Assembly (NCBI GenBank): GCA_964456395.1
Contig: CAYWAU010000002.1
Coordinates: forward strand, 1 to 37,626
Direction of reading: 5' to 3'
Length of the DNA stretch: 37,626 nt
Source: an uncultured Dehalococcoidaceae bacterium
GTDB lineage: Bacteria > Chloroflexota > Dehalococcoidia > Dehalococcoidales > RBG-16-60-22
Below the pieces are notes generated by a model. The model was given only the letters and a program-made list of their open reading frames with translations. It was not told where the DNA came from and searched no databases. Shown in pieces: positions 16,748 through 25,737 of the stretch; positions within the stretch are counted from its first letter, which is position 1, and each line of letters begins with the position of its first letter. A program made the translations under genes and the position numbers.

Positions 16748-18586
16748 TCATGGTTTAGCCCTCTTTGCCGTGGTGGTGAGGGGAAGGGTAAAGTAGATGG
16801 TACTTCCTTCTCCAATTTTACTCTCTGCCCAGATTCGACCACCGTGTGCTTCTACCAGACGCTGGCATATATATAGTCCTAGCCCAATACCATCCACACC
16901 TGAAGTCAGCCTTTGCTCGATTCGGTACATCCGGTCGAAGACGTTTGTCAGCTCCTCAGCAGGTATGCCCTTGCCCTGGTCGGCAACGCTGATGACCATC
17001 TCCTGCCCGGCTTGGCGGGCTGATATCAGTACCTCCGTTCCCAGTGGGGAGTACTTGACAGCATTATCAATGAGGTTGTCCAGCACCTGCCGAATACGCT
17101 TGGCGTCAATGTTTGCCCTTGGCAGTCTCTTTCCCAGCCTCAGAACTATGTTATACTGGTTAGCCCTGACACAGGCTTCAGCAGCTACCTGCCGGACAAG
17201 TTTTGAGATGCTGGTTGAACCCTTTTCCAGTTTTAGCAATCCCGACTCCATGCGGGAAGTGTCCAGGAGGTTATCGACAAGTTTGGCAAGCCTGTCTGTT
17301 GAGTTGTCTATGGATTTGAGGTAGTCCTTTATTTCATCAGAACCGAGCTTGGAGAAATAGTCAAGTATCATGGTTGAGTAGCCTTTTATCGTCGCCAAAG
17401 GAGTGCGCAGTTCATGGGAGACCGTGGCCAGGAGGTCAGTCTTCAGTTTATTCAGTTCCTCGTATTCAATCACCTTTCTCTCAAGATACTTGCGCTCGGT
17501 GAGGTCCGTGAGGTTTCCGAGGATGGCTTCTCTACCCTGGTAATAGATGGCGGAAACGGTCTGCATGACCCATTTGATTTGCCCGGTCTTGCTGAGAATC
17601 CGGTACTCAGACGGGTAAGGGAACTCATCCTTCTGCATCAATACGGTACTTGACTGGAACACATCGCTGTCCTCAGCGACGACAAGGCTCAGGAGCTCCC
17701 TGTCCCGTAATTCTTTTTCGCTGTAGCCGGTAAGCTTCTGGAACTGCGGGTTGGTATATTGCAGCCTGTCATCCTGAAGAATGTAAATGCCCAGCGGTGA
17801 ATCATGGGAAACCGTCCTGAGCAACTCTTCCGATTGTTTTCTCTCGGTGATGTCGGTTAGGATGGCGATTATACACGGTTCATCACCAATATTAATTGGC
17901 TCGGCAGAGTATAAACATGTACGTGTCTCGCCCGACTTGACACGTAACTCTAATTCCAGGTTACGAACTCTGCCCTGTTCCTTAAGCATCCGTACTGTTC
18001 TGGCGCGGTCTTCTGCATTAACCCCGATGCCGAGTTCAGCTGCACTGCGGCCAATCGCCTCTTGGCGGGTGCAGCCGCTAAAGCGGATAAAACTGTCGTT
18101 GACTTCAATAAATTTACCGTCTTCAAGAGTGGTAATAGAGGCAATATCGGGAGTGGCATGGAAAGCTTTTGAGAACTTTTCCTCTGACTTATGCAAGGCC
18201 TCCTCTGTCTGCCTGTGTTCGGTGATTATTCCCAGGCGCTCGGCAACAGCATCAAGCAGCAATCTCTCTTCTTTTGAGAATGGTCCTTCGTCTATCTCCG
18301 GCGTTGCTTCCAGGTAACTCACCTCCACCACGCCGGCTCTGGCTCCATGCACTATGATGTCCGAAGATTGCTTCCAGTCAGTCTCCCTGTAGTTCTCTGT
18401 CTTGAACTCTCTATCGTTTATCGTAATTCTGGCGCAGGCAATATCGGGATACTGCCATGCCCCGGCAAGCAGATTGGCTATCCTGGCATAGCGTTCATAT
18501 AGAGTGATATCCGGTGCTCCAGAAATGTTAGCAATATCGTAGAGGCATCTGAGCTCTTTGACGTGCTTATCTAAATCGTTCTTCAT
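16748..18586 (-). CDS. Cytoplasmic sensor histidine kinase (N-terminal uncharacterised sensor domain, 2 PAS, HisKA, HATPase_c)
   Basis: H-box VSHELRTPL, N-box DNLIDNAVKYSP, G-boxes DQGKGI and GIGLGLYI. Two PAS S-box modules each end in DITERK. No transmembrane segments are evident. Confidence 0.9.
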   Translation of the reverse strand: MKNDLDKHVKELRCLYDIANISGAPDITLYERYARIANLLAGAWQYPDIACARITINDREFKTENYRETDWKQSSDIIVHGARAGVVEVSYLEATPEIDEGPFSKEERLLLDAVAERLGIITEHRQTEEALHKSEEKFSKAFHATPDIASITTLEDGKFIEVNDSFIRFSGCTRQEAIGRSAAELGIGVNAEDRARTVRMLKEQGRVRNLELELRVKSGETRTCLYSAEPINIGDEPCIIAILTDITERKQSEELLRTVSHDSPLGIYILQDDRLQYTNPQFQKLTGYSEKELRDRELLSLVVAEDSDVFQSSTVLMQKDEFPYPSEYRILSKTGQIKWVMQTVSAIYYQGREAILGNLTDLTERKYLERKVIEYEELNKLKTDLLATVSHELRTPLATIKGYSTMILDYFSKLGSDEIKDYLKSIDNSTDRLAKLVDNLLDTSRMESGLLKLEKGSTSISKLVRQVAAEACVRANQYNIVLRLGKRLPRANIDAKRIRQVLDNLIDNAVKYSPLGTEVLISARQAGQEMVISVADQGKGIPAEELTNVFDRMYRIEQRLTSGVDGIGLGLYICQRLVEAHGGRIWAESKIGEGSTIYFTLPLTTTAKRAKP

Positions 18587-18707
18587 TTCTATTTACCGCT
18601 CATTGCAGAACTATCAATGGTTCTAAACAACTATAGTAATGAATCGCAATCAATCCGTCAAGTGTCCAAAAGAATTCGTGATTATGCTTAATGTCCGTCA
18701 ACATCTC

Positions 18708-20222
18708 CTACTTCTTCATAATAATTTCAAAAGTTATCATGCTCTCAACCTGGGTGGCTTCGGTCTCAGCACCCTCAGTTTGGACATTCCTTGCTTCATC
18801 TATCTCGGTAATGCGAACCTCAGAGAATGTCTCCTGCGCCTCTAAGGTTGTAGCATAGATTACAACCGTGAAGGGGCTATCGGTTTCCCCCTGCACGGCA
18901 ACCAGGTCAGTGTCTAAATCTATTGATGTAAAATGAGCCTGGGGTGGCAGAGCATCGGTCACCAGTTTCAGATTATTGGTGAAGTCACCCCGGCGGCTCA
19001 GTATGCTCTGGTGTCCATATCTCAGGGTTTCTATTCTGGCAGTTATCTCCCTGATGGTTTCCTCCGTTTTGTTTGCCTCCTCAATAGCGAGGTGAGCCAG
19101 ATTAAGTTCCCGGCTGACTCGGTGCAGTTCGTTTTGCAGGCGCGTGTTTTCAGCACCAAGCTGACTCTTGATCTGGTAGAAGGGGAACAGGAGGCCGATA
19201 GTAACTATCAGGAAAATACTTAGAAGTATATATCCCGTAGGTATCGGCTGGGCTCTGGTTTTGCGGTATTTTCCCGATAGTATGTTGATATTGATATCAT
19301 GGAAATGTGCATCTTCTCCTTTTACCGTAGTTTTCGGCGGCATCTTCTTCAGAGCCAGTCCCATATTGGCGGCGTATAAAGCAACGGGCAGGTCCGGCGG
19401 GAATTCCAATGGCGGGATTAGAGGTTCCACAGGGTATTCTATCTCAGCCTGGAGGAGTCCGCTAGTGGTAGCCTCGGCGGCCAGTTCGCCGGTCAGCAGC
19501 AAGGGTGTGGCTGGACTCAGGTGGTTATCCGGGTGGCTGCTCAGGTAGAAGGCTGCTGTTTTGGTTAGCTCATCGGCTAGGCGCCGGATATTGTCCTCGA
19601 GGGTGGCTCCTTCTCCTCTGGGACTTATGGTGTGCATGACCGTGGGAATGCCGTTGGCTATAAAGACAATATCGAAGCAGTCGGGCTCCAGGCTGGCAAT
19701 TATGGCATCTCCCCGGTTGGCGGCTCTGGCCAGCGCCAGTGGCTTCAAATCCATGAGATAGGGCTCCAGCCCGGCTACTGTCAGGGTCGCAATCATAGCA
19801 TCAATAAGGTTTCGCGGTACGCCCAGGACAAAGAAAGTCTGCTCGTCCTCTTTGCTCCTGATAGGCTGCCACGAAAGGTACAATTCATCCAGAGGCACCG
19901 ATATTTCTTTCCTGGCGGCGCGCTGGATAGCTTCCTCCAGAAGGGCGGGTTTCATCCGTGGCAGGTTCAGGAATCGGTAGGTGAAGGACAGACCGGTAAG
20001 GCTGGTGATTACCTTTTCTCTGGGTGCTTTTGCTGATTTAAACAGGGCATCAATAGCCTCACCGACAGCCTGTGGCTGCAGTATAAGTCCATCCCGGACC
20101 AGTCCCGACTTCAGGGGCAGGCTCTCCCACTTTTTTACCTGCCTGCCCTTAACCGTGAGGATTCTGATGCTGTCGGTACTGATACTTAGCGTAACATGCA
20201 TTTTTAAAAATACGCCTTTCAC
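18708..20222 (-). CDS. pilM: Type IV pilus assembly protein, PilM fused to a PilN-like transmembrane/coiled-coil module
   Basis: The N-terminal 300 aa look like an actin-like PilM ATPase fold (SIRILTVKG...GLVRDG.I......). They are followed by the TM helix ILLSIFLIVTIGLLFPFYQI, a coiled coil and a roughly 110-aa periplasmic-type domain like PilN. The start is GTG at 20222 or ATG at 20201. Confidence 0.75.
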   Translation of the reverse strand: MKGVFLKMHVTLSISTDSIRILTVKGRQVKKWESLPLKSGLVRDGLILQPQAVGEAIDALFKSAKAPREKVITSLTGLSFTYRFLNLPRMKPALLEEAIQRAARKEISVPLDELYLSWQPIRSKEDEQTFFVLGVPRNLIDAMIATLTVAGLEPYLMDLKPLALARAANRGDAIIASLEPDCFDIVFIANGIPTVMHTISPRGEGATLEDNIRRLADELTKTAAFYLSSHPDNHLSPATPLLLTGELAAEATTSGLLQAEIEYPVEPLIPPLEFPPDLPVALYAANMGLALKKMPPKTTVKGEDAHFHDININILSGKYRKTRAQPIPTGYILLSIFLIVTIGLLFPFYQIKSQLGAENTRLQNELHRVSRELNLAHLAIEEANKTEETIREITARIETLRYGHQSILSRRGDFTNNLKLVTDALPPQAHFTSIDLDTDLVAVQGETDSPFTVVIYATTLEAQETFSEVRITEIDEARNVQTEGAETEATQVESMITFEIIMKK

Positions 20223-20224
20223 CG

Positions 20225-20818
20225 CTACTCAGAGGTTGGAGGTTGAGTATAGATAGCCAGGTCCAGGCTGGCGTTTACGGGTACGGTTCCCTCGGGAGCG
20301 CTTTCTTCCCCGGATGGCTCAATTACTCTGGTAACGCTTAAATCCTCCACAATGAGCGTCGGAATCCCTCCTTTTTCCAGTTTGCTCAGGAAGCTGACCA
20401 TTTGTGTGAAGGTTCCCGCTACGGCTACATTTAACCGGAAAACAGAGTAGTCGTGGTCGCTAATGGCCTCTGTTGTCCGGGGTTGTGTTATCAGGGGTAT
20501 TGCCTTGACCTCGCATTCGTCGGCGAGCTTGAGGATGGTATTAACTATCCTGGTGCTGTTCATCTCGCCGGGGAATGTGCTCTGCTCGGCAGCCAGACTT
20601 GCCTGAACAGCCGACAACCGCGGCTCCAGGTCAACGGGAGGCTCCGGCATTTGCGCCAGAGTCTGGGTGGCGTCGGTGATTTGAGATGCCAGAGCCTCGT
20701 GCTCCGACCCCTTTTTCAGGTAGTCCAATCCGAGCCGGCAATAGGCCACAAGAAGGACAATAATTAATAGCGTTAGGAGTAATTTCCTGGTCTTCACTGG
20801 TGCCCCTCTTTTCTTCAT
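20225..20818 (-). CDS. pilO: PilO-like type IV pilus assembly protein
   Basis: 197 aa. A basic N-terminus is followed by a single TM (LLLTLLIIVLLVAYC), a coiled coil and a ferredoxin-like C-terminal region. It sits between pilMN and the minor pilins. Confidence 0.65.
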   Translation of the reverse strand: MKKRGAPVKTRKLLLTLLIIVLLVAYCRLGLDYLKKGSEHEALASQITDATQTLAQMPEPPVDLEPRLSAVQASLAAEQSTFPGEMNSTRIVNTILKLADECEVKAIPLITQPRTTEAISDHDYSVFRLNVAVAGTFTQMVSFLSKLEKGGIPTLIVEDLSVTRVIEPSGEESAPEGTVPVNASLDLAIYTQPPTSE

Positions 20819-20837
20819 TGCTGTTGACTGTTCTCCA

Positions 20838-21872
20838 TTATTCCCACGTTATGATACCCGTGCCGCCCTCAGGTTCAGGCATCACCAGGCAATCTGGATG
20901 TGGGGGATACTCTCCGGTATAGTTCTCATAGACATCGCCCAAGATATTCCCTTCGCGCACGATATTATTGATGGTTCCGGTGGCATAGACATCTTCGTAA
21001 ATACGAGCATTATTAGCCAGTTGAATCTTACTGGTAATACTGCCGGTGATATAAACATTGCCTTCAATCCTGGCGTTGTTATCAATGATAATAGTGGCTA
21101 TGCTGTTACCGATATAGACATCGCCTTTAATGATTGAATTGCCGCTAATATCAATATTGCCGGTAGTGTAGACACTGCCATAGATAACGGTGTTGTTCTC
21201 AAGATAGATATCGCCGCCGGCACAGACATTGCCGCCGACTTCAATGCTGCCGATTTCCGAGTTGTTATTGAGCGTGAGGTCCCCGCCCGCTGAGACATCA
21301 CCCCCGATGACGGCATTATTTGAAAGCTCCAGTTCGCCTTCAGCGACGACATCCCCGGTGACCTCGGCGTTATTACCCAGTGTGACATTTCCCGTGGCAT
21401 AGACGCTCCCGTCAACCTCAACATTGCCATCAATGCTGGCATCACCATCAATATAGACATCACCTTCGGTATCTTCATCAATGTCGCCATCGCTACTCCA
21501 GCCACCACCTCCTGACAGTACATAAGATTCAATTATGGTACTGTGTCCGTCGTCACTGGTGGCTGTGGCAGTGACCTCATATATAGATGAACCCAGGTTC
21601 TCGACAGAAACGGTCACTGTTTTGTTGTTTATGGTGAATTCCGGCAACGTCTCTGTCTCGCCCTCTGTCACTTCTAACTCTCCGCTCTGAAGGCTCCAGA
21701 TGGCATACTCAATGCCGGAATCACAGGAGTAAAGCTCGGTTATCCCCTGCTCATATACCCGAGAGCCAATCAGGCTGCTGCTGGCGTGGCCGAGGAATGG
21801 TGTTATCACCATTGTGCCTATGGCCAGAGCCAGCATGGCCAGGGGAAGAGCCTGCCCCTTTTCGCTATTCAT
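20838..21872 (-). CDS. PilX-like minor pilin fused to a bactofilin-like beta-helix repeat domain
   Basis: The N-terminus EKGQALPLAMLALAIGTMVITPFL is PilX_N-like (a G-x-A-L hydrophobic helix with no Glu5). Residues about 137-316 carry around 10 repeats of 17-21 aa, for example VYATGNVTLGNNAEVTGD / VVAEGELELSNNAVIGGD / VYTTGNIDISGNSIIKGD. The ATGA overlap with the upstream pseudopilin gene indicates co-translation. Confidence 0.65.
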   Translation of the reverse strand: MNSEKGQALPLAMLALAIGTMVITPFLGHASSSLIGSRVYEQGITELYSCDSGIEYAIWSLQSGELEVTEGETETLPEFTINNKTVTVSVENLGSSIYEVTATATSDDGHSTIIESYVLSGGGGWSSDGDIDEDTEGDVYIDGDASIDGNVEVDGSVYATGNVTLGNNAEVTGDVVAEGELELSNNAVIGGDVSAGGDLTLNNNSEIGSIEVGGNVCAGGDIYLENNTVIYGSVYTTGNIDISGNSIIKGDVYIGNSIATIIIDNNARIEGNVYITGSITSKIQLANNARIYEDVYATGTINNIVREGNILGDVYENYTGEYPPHPDCLVMPEPEGGTGIITWE

Positions 21873-22324
21873 TCTTCCTCCTCCGATGGCCGAAGATAAA
21901 CCTTATAGGTTCCATTGGCACTAACGTTGTCACGTCCCTCAGGGGATGAGGTTAAGGACATGGTAATAAGGCGGTTTTCGATGGAAAAATCGGCACTGGT
22001 AATATTCCGTGCCAGCGTCATCTGGTCGCCGCCAGCCGTACGGCGAAGCTCGGTGTCTGACAGATAATAGGTAATTGACGAGCTTTCGGAGATGGTCAGC
22101 AGCAACTCACCGTTGATGCTGGCAGTGCTGGCTCTCTGTCCGTCAAGGTTGAACCAGTGAGCGGCATTTTGCAGCTCGTGCATGGCGGTGAGCCTATCGT
22201 TGCCGTACTCGGTAACGGTAAGGATTTGATAGATGGCTGTGCCCAGAAAGCTGACAATAATTCCGGTGACGGCGACGGCTATAATCAGCTCCACCATGGT
22301 TAAACCCCGTTCATCCGACTTCAT
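21869..22324 (-). CDS. Prepilin-type N-terminal cleavage/methylation domain pseudopilin (PilW/GspJ-like)
   Basis: MKSDERG|LTMVELIIAVAVTGIIVSFL is a class III signal peptide with Glu5. 151 aa. The start overlaps the upstream stop (TAATG). Confidence 0.8.
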   Translation of the reverse strand: MKSDERGLTMVELIIAVAVTGIIVSFLGTAIYQILTVTEYGNDRLTAMHELQNAAHWFNLDGQRASTASINGELLLTISESSSITYYLSDTELRRTAGGDQMTLARNITSADFSIENRLITMSLTSSPEGRDNVSANGTYKVYLRPSEEEE

Positions 22325-22722
22325 TATCGATTCACCTTGTAGTCTTCAACTATTATTATGGTCTCGCTCTCCCGGTAGACAGTAACCGTTATTTTTTGTA
22401 TATCATCATCGGTGTCCGGGATAGAGGCAACCCCGACAGAGACGGTGTAACCTTCCGGTGTGTCCAAGGTGGGATAGGTTGTGGCTTCGGCGTCATAGGC
22501 ATGGCTTTTGGTGTATTCTAGCTGGGTCTGCACCAGGCTCTGTGCCACGACTTCCTCATCCTGCTTGCCGACGGCGATTGACCCTGCCGAAAGGGCGACG
22601 ACAAAGGCAACCACAGAGGTCCCTAGAACAGCCACGGCGACCAGCGTCTCTACCAGCCCCAGCCCCATCTGGTCTTGAGCCCGGTTTTTTACCCGTGCTA
22701 ATCTCTGTCTTATTGCCCCCAT
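22324..22722 (-). CDS. Prepilin-type pseudopilin (PilV-like)
   Basis: ...NRAQDQMG|LGLVETLVAVAVLGTSVVAF has Gly-1, Glu5 and a hydrophobic helix. 132 aa. Confidence 0.72.
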   Translation of the reverse strand: MGAIRQRLARVKNRAQDQMGLGLVETLVAVAVLGTSVVAFVVALSAGSIAVGKQDEEVVAQSLVQTQLEYTKSHAYDAEATTYPTLDTPEGYTVSVGVASIPDTDDDIQKITVTVYRESETIIIVEDYKVNR

Positions 22723-22744
22723 TTTCTTTACCTGCCATAAATAT

Positions 22745-23956
22745 TTAATGCATTGACCTCAGTATGGAGTACAGCGGCGTTATCATGGAGAGAGCCAGAA
22801 AAACAACGACCATCCCGATGATTACCGTCAAGGCGGGTTCTATCATGGAAGTAAGAACGTCAATCCTGCGGTCAACCCTCCTTTCATAAAAGTCGGCCAG
22901 GGTGGCCAGGGTAGTGTCAATGGTGCCGGTCTTCTCTCCCACGACTACCATCTCCACCAGCAGTCGGGGGAAGAGCGCAATCTCAGCCATTGGTTGAGAC
23001 AGCCCCTGTCCCTGGACCAGCTTATTTCTGACATCACTCAATGCCTGGCGGATAATCCGGTTCCTGGTGGTTTGAATGGCGATATCTATCACCTGGGGCA
23101 GGCGCAGTCCAGCTTTCAGCAGCATTGAAGCGGTTTGACAGAACTGTTGCACATTACGCTCAATATTGATGGTGCCGATTACCGGTATTTTCAGCATCAG
23201 CCGGTCCATTGCCTGCTTTGCCGAGGGCAGTCTCAGCCAGCCGGCAGTTGACATAATGATGATTAATAATCCACCCAGAATATAGAGCCCATTGCTGGTA
23301 ATGAAGTCGGTGATGGTGATGAGCAGCCTCGTCATCCAGGGCAGTTCCGCACCGAGAGAAGTGAATAGTGCCACCAGTGGCGGCAGGGCTACCGTGATAA
23401 GCAGGATGGATACCCCGACGGCCATAAGCAAGACAAAGGCTGGGTAGAGCATGGCGCGTTTTATTTTTTGGGTGCTGGCTGCCTGTTTTTCCATGTAGCT
23501 GGCGGCCTGCCTCAGTCCGAGTTCCAGGTTGCCTGCCTGTTCGCTGGCTTGAATCACCTGACAATAGGTGTGGGGGAATACCTGTGGATACTGGCTGAGT
23601 GCCTGGGAGAGAGAGATGCCTCCCTGGATTTCCTCGACCAGGCCGCCGATGATTCTTTTCAGGGCTGGCTTGGAAGCCTGTCCCTCAAGCAGTTGTAGTG
23701 ACGTGAGCAGGGTAACACCGGACTCAATCAGGGTGGCTAACTGGTTGGAGAAATCAAGCACATCCTGAGTCTTAATCCCAAAGAGGGTTGGTATCAGTCT
23801 TTCCAAACCAAGCCCCGGCGGCACTTCTTTCAGGCTGAGGATATGCTGGTACCCGGCGCGATATAGGACTCCCTCGGCCAGACTTTCCGAAGTGACTTCA
23901 ATCGTGCCCTGTACAACCTTTTTATCAGTTGTATAGGCTCTATATTTATAGGCCAT
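22745..23956 (-). CDS. pilC: Type IV pilus platform protein (GspF/PilC family)
   Basis: 403 aa with a duplicated T2SSF domain. It has three TM segments and ends ...GMVVVFLALSMITPLYSI. Confidence 0.9.
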   Translation of the reverse strand: MAYKYRAYTTDKKVVQGTIEVTSESLAEGVLYRAGYQHILSLKEVPPGLGLERLIPTLFGIKTQDVLDFSNQLATLIESGVTLLTSLQLLEGQASKPALKRIIGGLVEEIQGGISLSQALSQYPQVFPHTYCQVIQASEQAGNLELGLRQAASYMEKQAASTQKIKRAMLYPAFVLLMAVGVSILLITVALPPLVALFTSLGAELPWMTRLLITITDFITSNGLYILGGLLIIIMSTAGWLRLPSAKQAMDRLMLKIPVIGTINIERNVQQFCQTASMLLKAGLRLPQVIDIAIQTTRNRIIRQALSDVRNKLVQGQGLSQPMAEIALFPRLLVEMVVVGEKTGTIDTTLATLADFYERRVDRRIDVLTSMIEPALTVIIGMVVVFLALSMITPLYSILRSMH

Positions 23957-24024
23957 TATTCCCTCTTTAGTTGGCTTATATCAGGGTCTTTATCTACCTC
24001 ACCCCCTGTGTCCCCCTCTCATCG

Positions 24025-25737
24025 TTAGTTAATGGAGAATACACTGCGCAGAACCTCGCTCACTGATGTAATGCCTTCTTTTACCTTAAGCATCCCATCT
24101 CGTTTCATCGTTATCATCCCTTCGGCAAGTGCCTGTGCTTTAATCTCACCGGCACCAGCATTGTTACGTAACATCTTCCTGATATCCTCGCTCATGACCA
24201 GGAACTCGAAAATGCCGGTTCGGCCCCGGTAACCGGTATTGGCACAGAGGTTGCATCCGGTTCCGTGGTAAAATGTGGTGGCTTCCGGCACCAGTTCCTT
24301 TTCAAGAGCCTGCTGCTCTTCCGTTGATGGTTGGTAGGAGGTACGGCAGTGAGGGCAGATACGGCGAACCATGCGCTGGGCAACAACGCCGATAAGCGTT
24401 GATGAGATTGAGGCTGGTTCAACATCCAGGTCCATCAGTCGGAAGAGCACACCAACGGCATCATTGGCATGAATGGAAGAAAGAACTAGGTGGCCGGTGA
24501 GGGCGGCTTGAATGGCCGTGGTCACCGTGTCGGTGTCCCGTATCTCACCGACCAGAATAACGTCAGGGTCATGACGCATGATAGCCTTGAGACCGCTGGC
24601 AAAGGTAATTCCGGCCTTGAGGTTAACCTGAATCTGGTTAATGTCCATGAAGCTGTATTCAATGGGGTCCTCGATTGTCATGATGTTGCGCTCATTTCGG
24701 TCCAGTTCGCTTATTGATGCGTAAAGGGTGGTCGTTTTGCCGGAACCGGTGGGGCCGCCCGCCAGTATCATACCGAGCGGGCTCTTCAGCATCGGCCGGT
24801 ACCTCTTCAGAACATCGGGCAGAAAGCCAAGCTCGGCTAAAGTAAAGAGAGCCAGAGACTTGTCCAGAATCCGCAAGGTCACCCTCTCACCGTAGGGCGT
24901 TTCCATGGTGGCGACTCGAATATCGACTTCATTACTGCCCAGTTTGATTGAGAATTGTCCGTCCTGAGGGCGTCTTTGTTCGGAGATGTCCATATCAGCT
25001 AGAATTTTGACACGTGACACCAGTGACACGTGGGCACTGAGCGGCAAGGAGAACATATCGTGCAGGATACCGTCAATCCGGTAGCGAATCCTCAGCCGGT
25101 CTTCCTGTGGTTCAATATGGACATCCGAGGCTCTGTCCTTGACAGCCTGGGCAACCAGCAGGTCAAGGGTTTCCGCAATCGGGGTCCTGGCCGTAAGTGT
25201 CGAAGCGGTATCTGTTATTTTATCTCCAGAGACAGGGGCCATTTGGCTTACCTGTTTCTCTATTTCACCGCTTGACCTGTAGTTGAGGTCAATGGCTCGC
25301 TCAATGTCGGAGCGGACACCGAGGGCCACCTCCACCCTCATCTTCGCCTGAGTCTTAACGTCTTCAATGGTGTGGATGTCCTCCGGGTCAGCCATAACCA
25401 CTACTAGCGAGTCGTTGACTATGTCAAGGGGTATCAGGGCATGTTTACGAGCCATTTCTTCAGGGATGAGGCGAAGAGCCTGAGGCTGGATGGTGTGTCT
25501 CTTCAGGTCTATTAGCGGCAGGTTTAACTGAATGCTGAGCACGGTGGCCAGTACCTCAGCTTTGACCACCCCCTGGTTTATCAGAGTCTCACTGAGCTTC
25601 CCTCCCTGCTGCCGCTGCAGCGCCAGGGCGCTCTCCAGTTGTTCCGGGGTAATGAGGTTCTCCTCAACCAGCATTTCACCCAGGCTTTTTTTAGATGTCC
25701 TATCCGTGATAAAGGGTCTGGTATTATCTCTATCCAT
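24025..25737 (-). CDS. pilB: Type IV pilus assembly ATPase (GspE/PilB family) with an N-terminal T2SSE_N/MshEN-like domain
   Basis: Walker A GPTGSGKTT, Asp box, Walker B ILVGEIRD, His box, and a tetracysteine zinc motif CPHC...CNLC. Confidence 0.93.
   Translation of the reverse strand: MDRDNTRPFITDRTSKKSLGEMLVEENLITPEQLESALALQRQQGGKLSETLINQGVVKAEVLATVLSIQLNLPLIDLKRHTIQPQALRLIPEEMARKHALIPLDIVNDSLVVVMADPEDIHTIEDVKTQAKMRVEVALGVRSDIERAIDLNYRSSGEIEKQVSQMAPVSGDKITDTASTLTARTPIAETLDLLVAQAVKDRASDVHIEPQEDRLRIRYRIDGILHDMFSLPLSAHVSLVSRVKILADMDISEQRRPQDGQFSIKLGSNEVDIRVATMETPYGERVTLRILDKSLALFTLAELGFLPDVLKRYRPMLKSPLGMILAGGPTGSGKTTTLYASISELDRNERNIMTIEDPIEYSFMDINQIQVNLKAGITFASGLKAIMRHDPDVILVGEIRDTDTVTTAIQAALTGHLVLSSIHANDAVGVLFRLMDLDVEPASISSTLIGVVAQRMVRRICPHCRTSYQPSTEEQQALEKELVPEATTFYHGTGCNLCANTGYRGRTGIFEFLVMSEDIRKMLRNNAGAGEIKAQALAEGMITMKRDGMLKVKEGITSVSEVLRSVFSIN

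Noticed and set aside
21098-21532. 144-aa same-strand out-of-frame ORF, and the plus-strand ORF at 20898-21137, within the beta-helix gene
   Set aside because: These are a by-product of the periodic repeat DNA. The annotated frame alone gives the regular beta-helix repeat and a pilin-like N-terminus.
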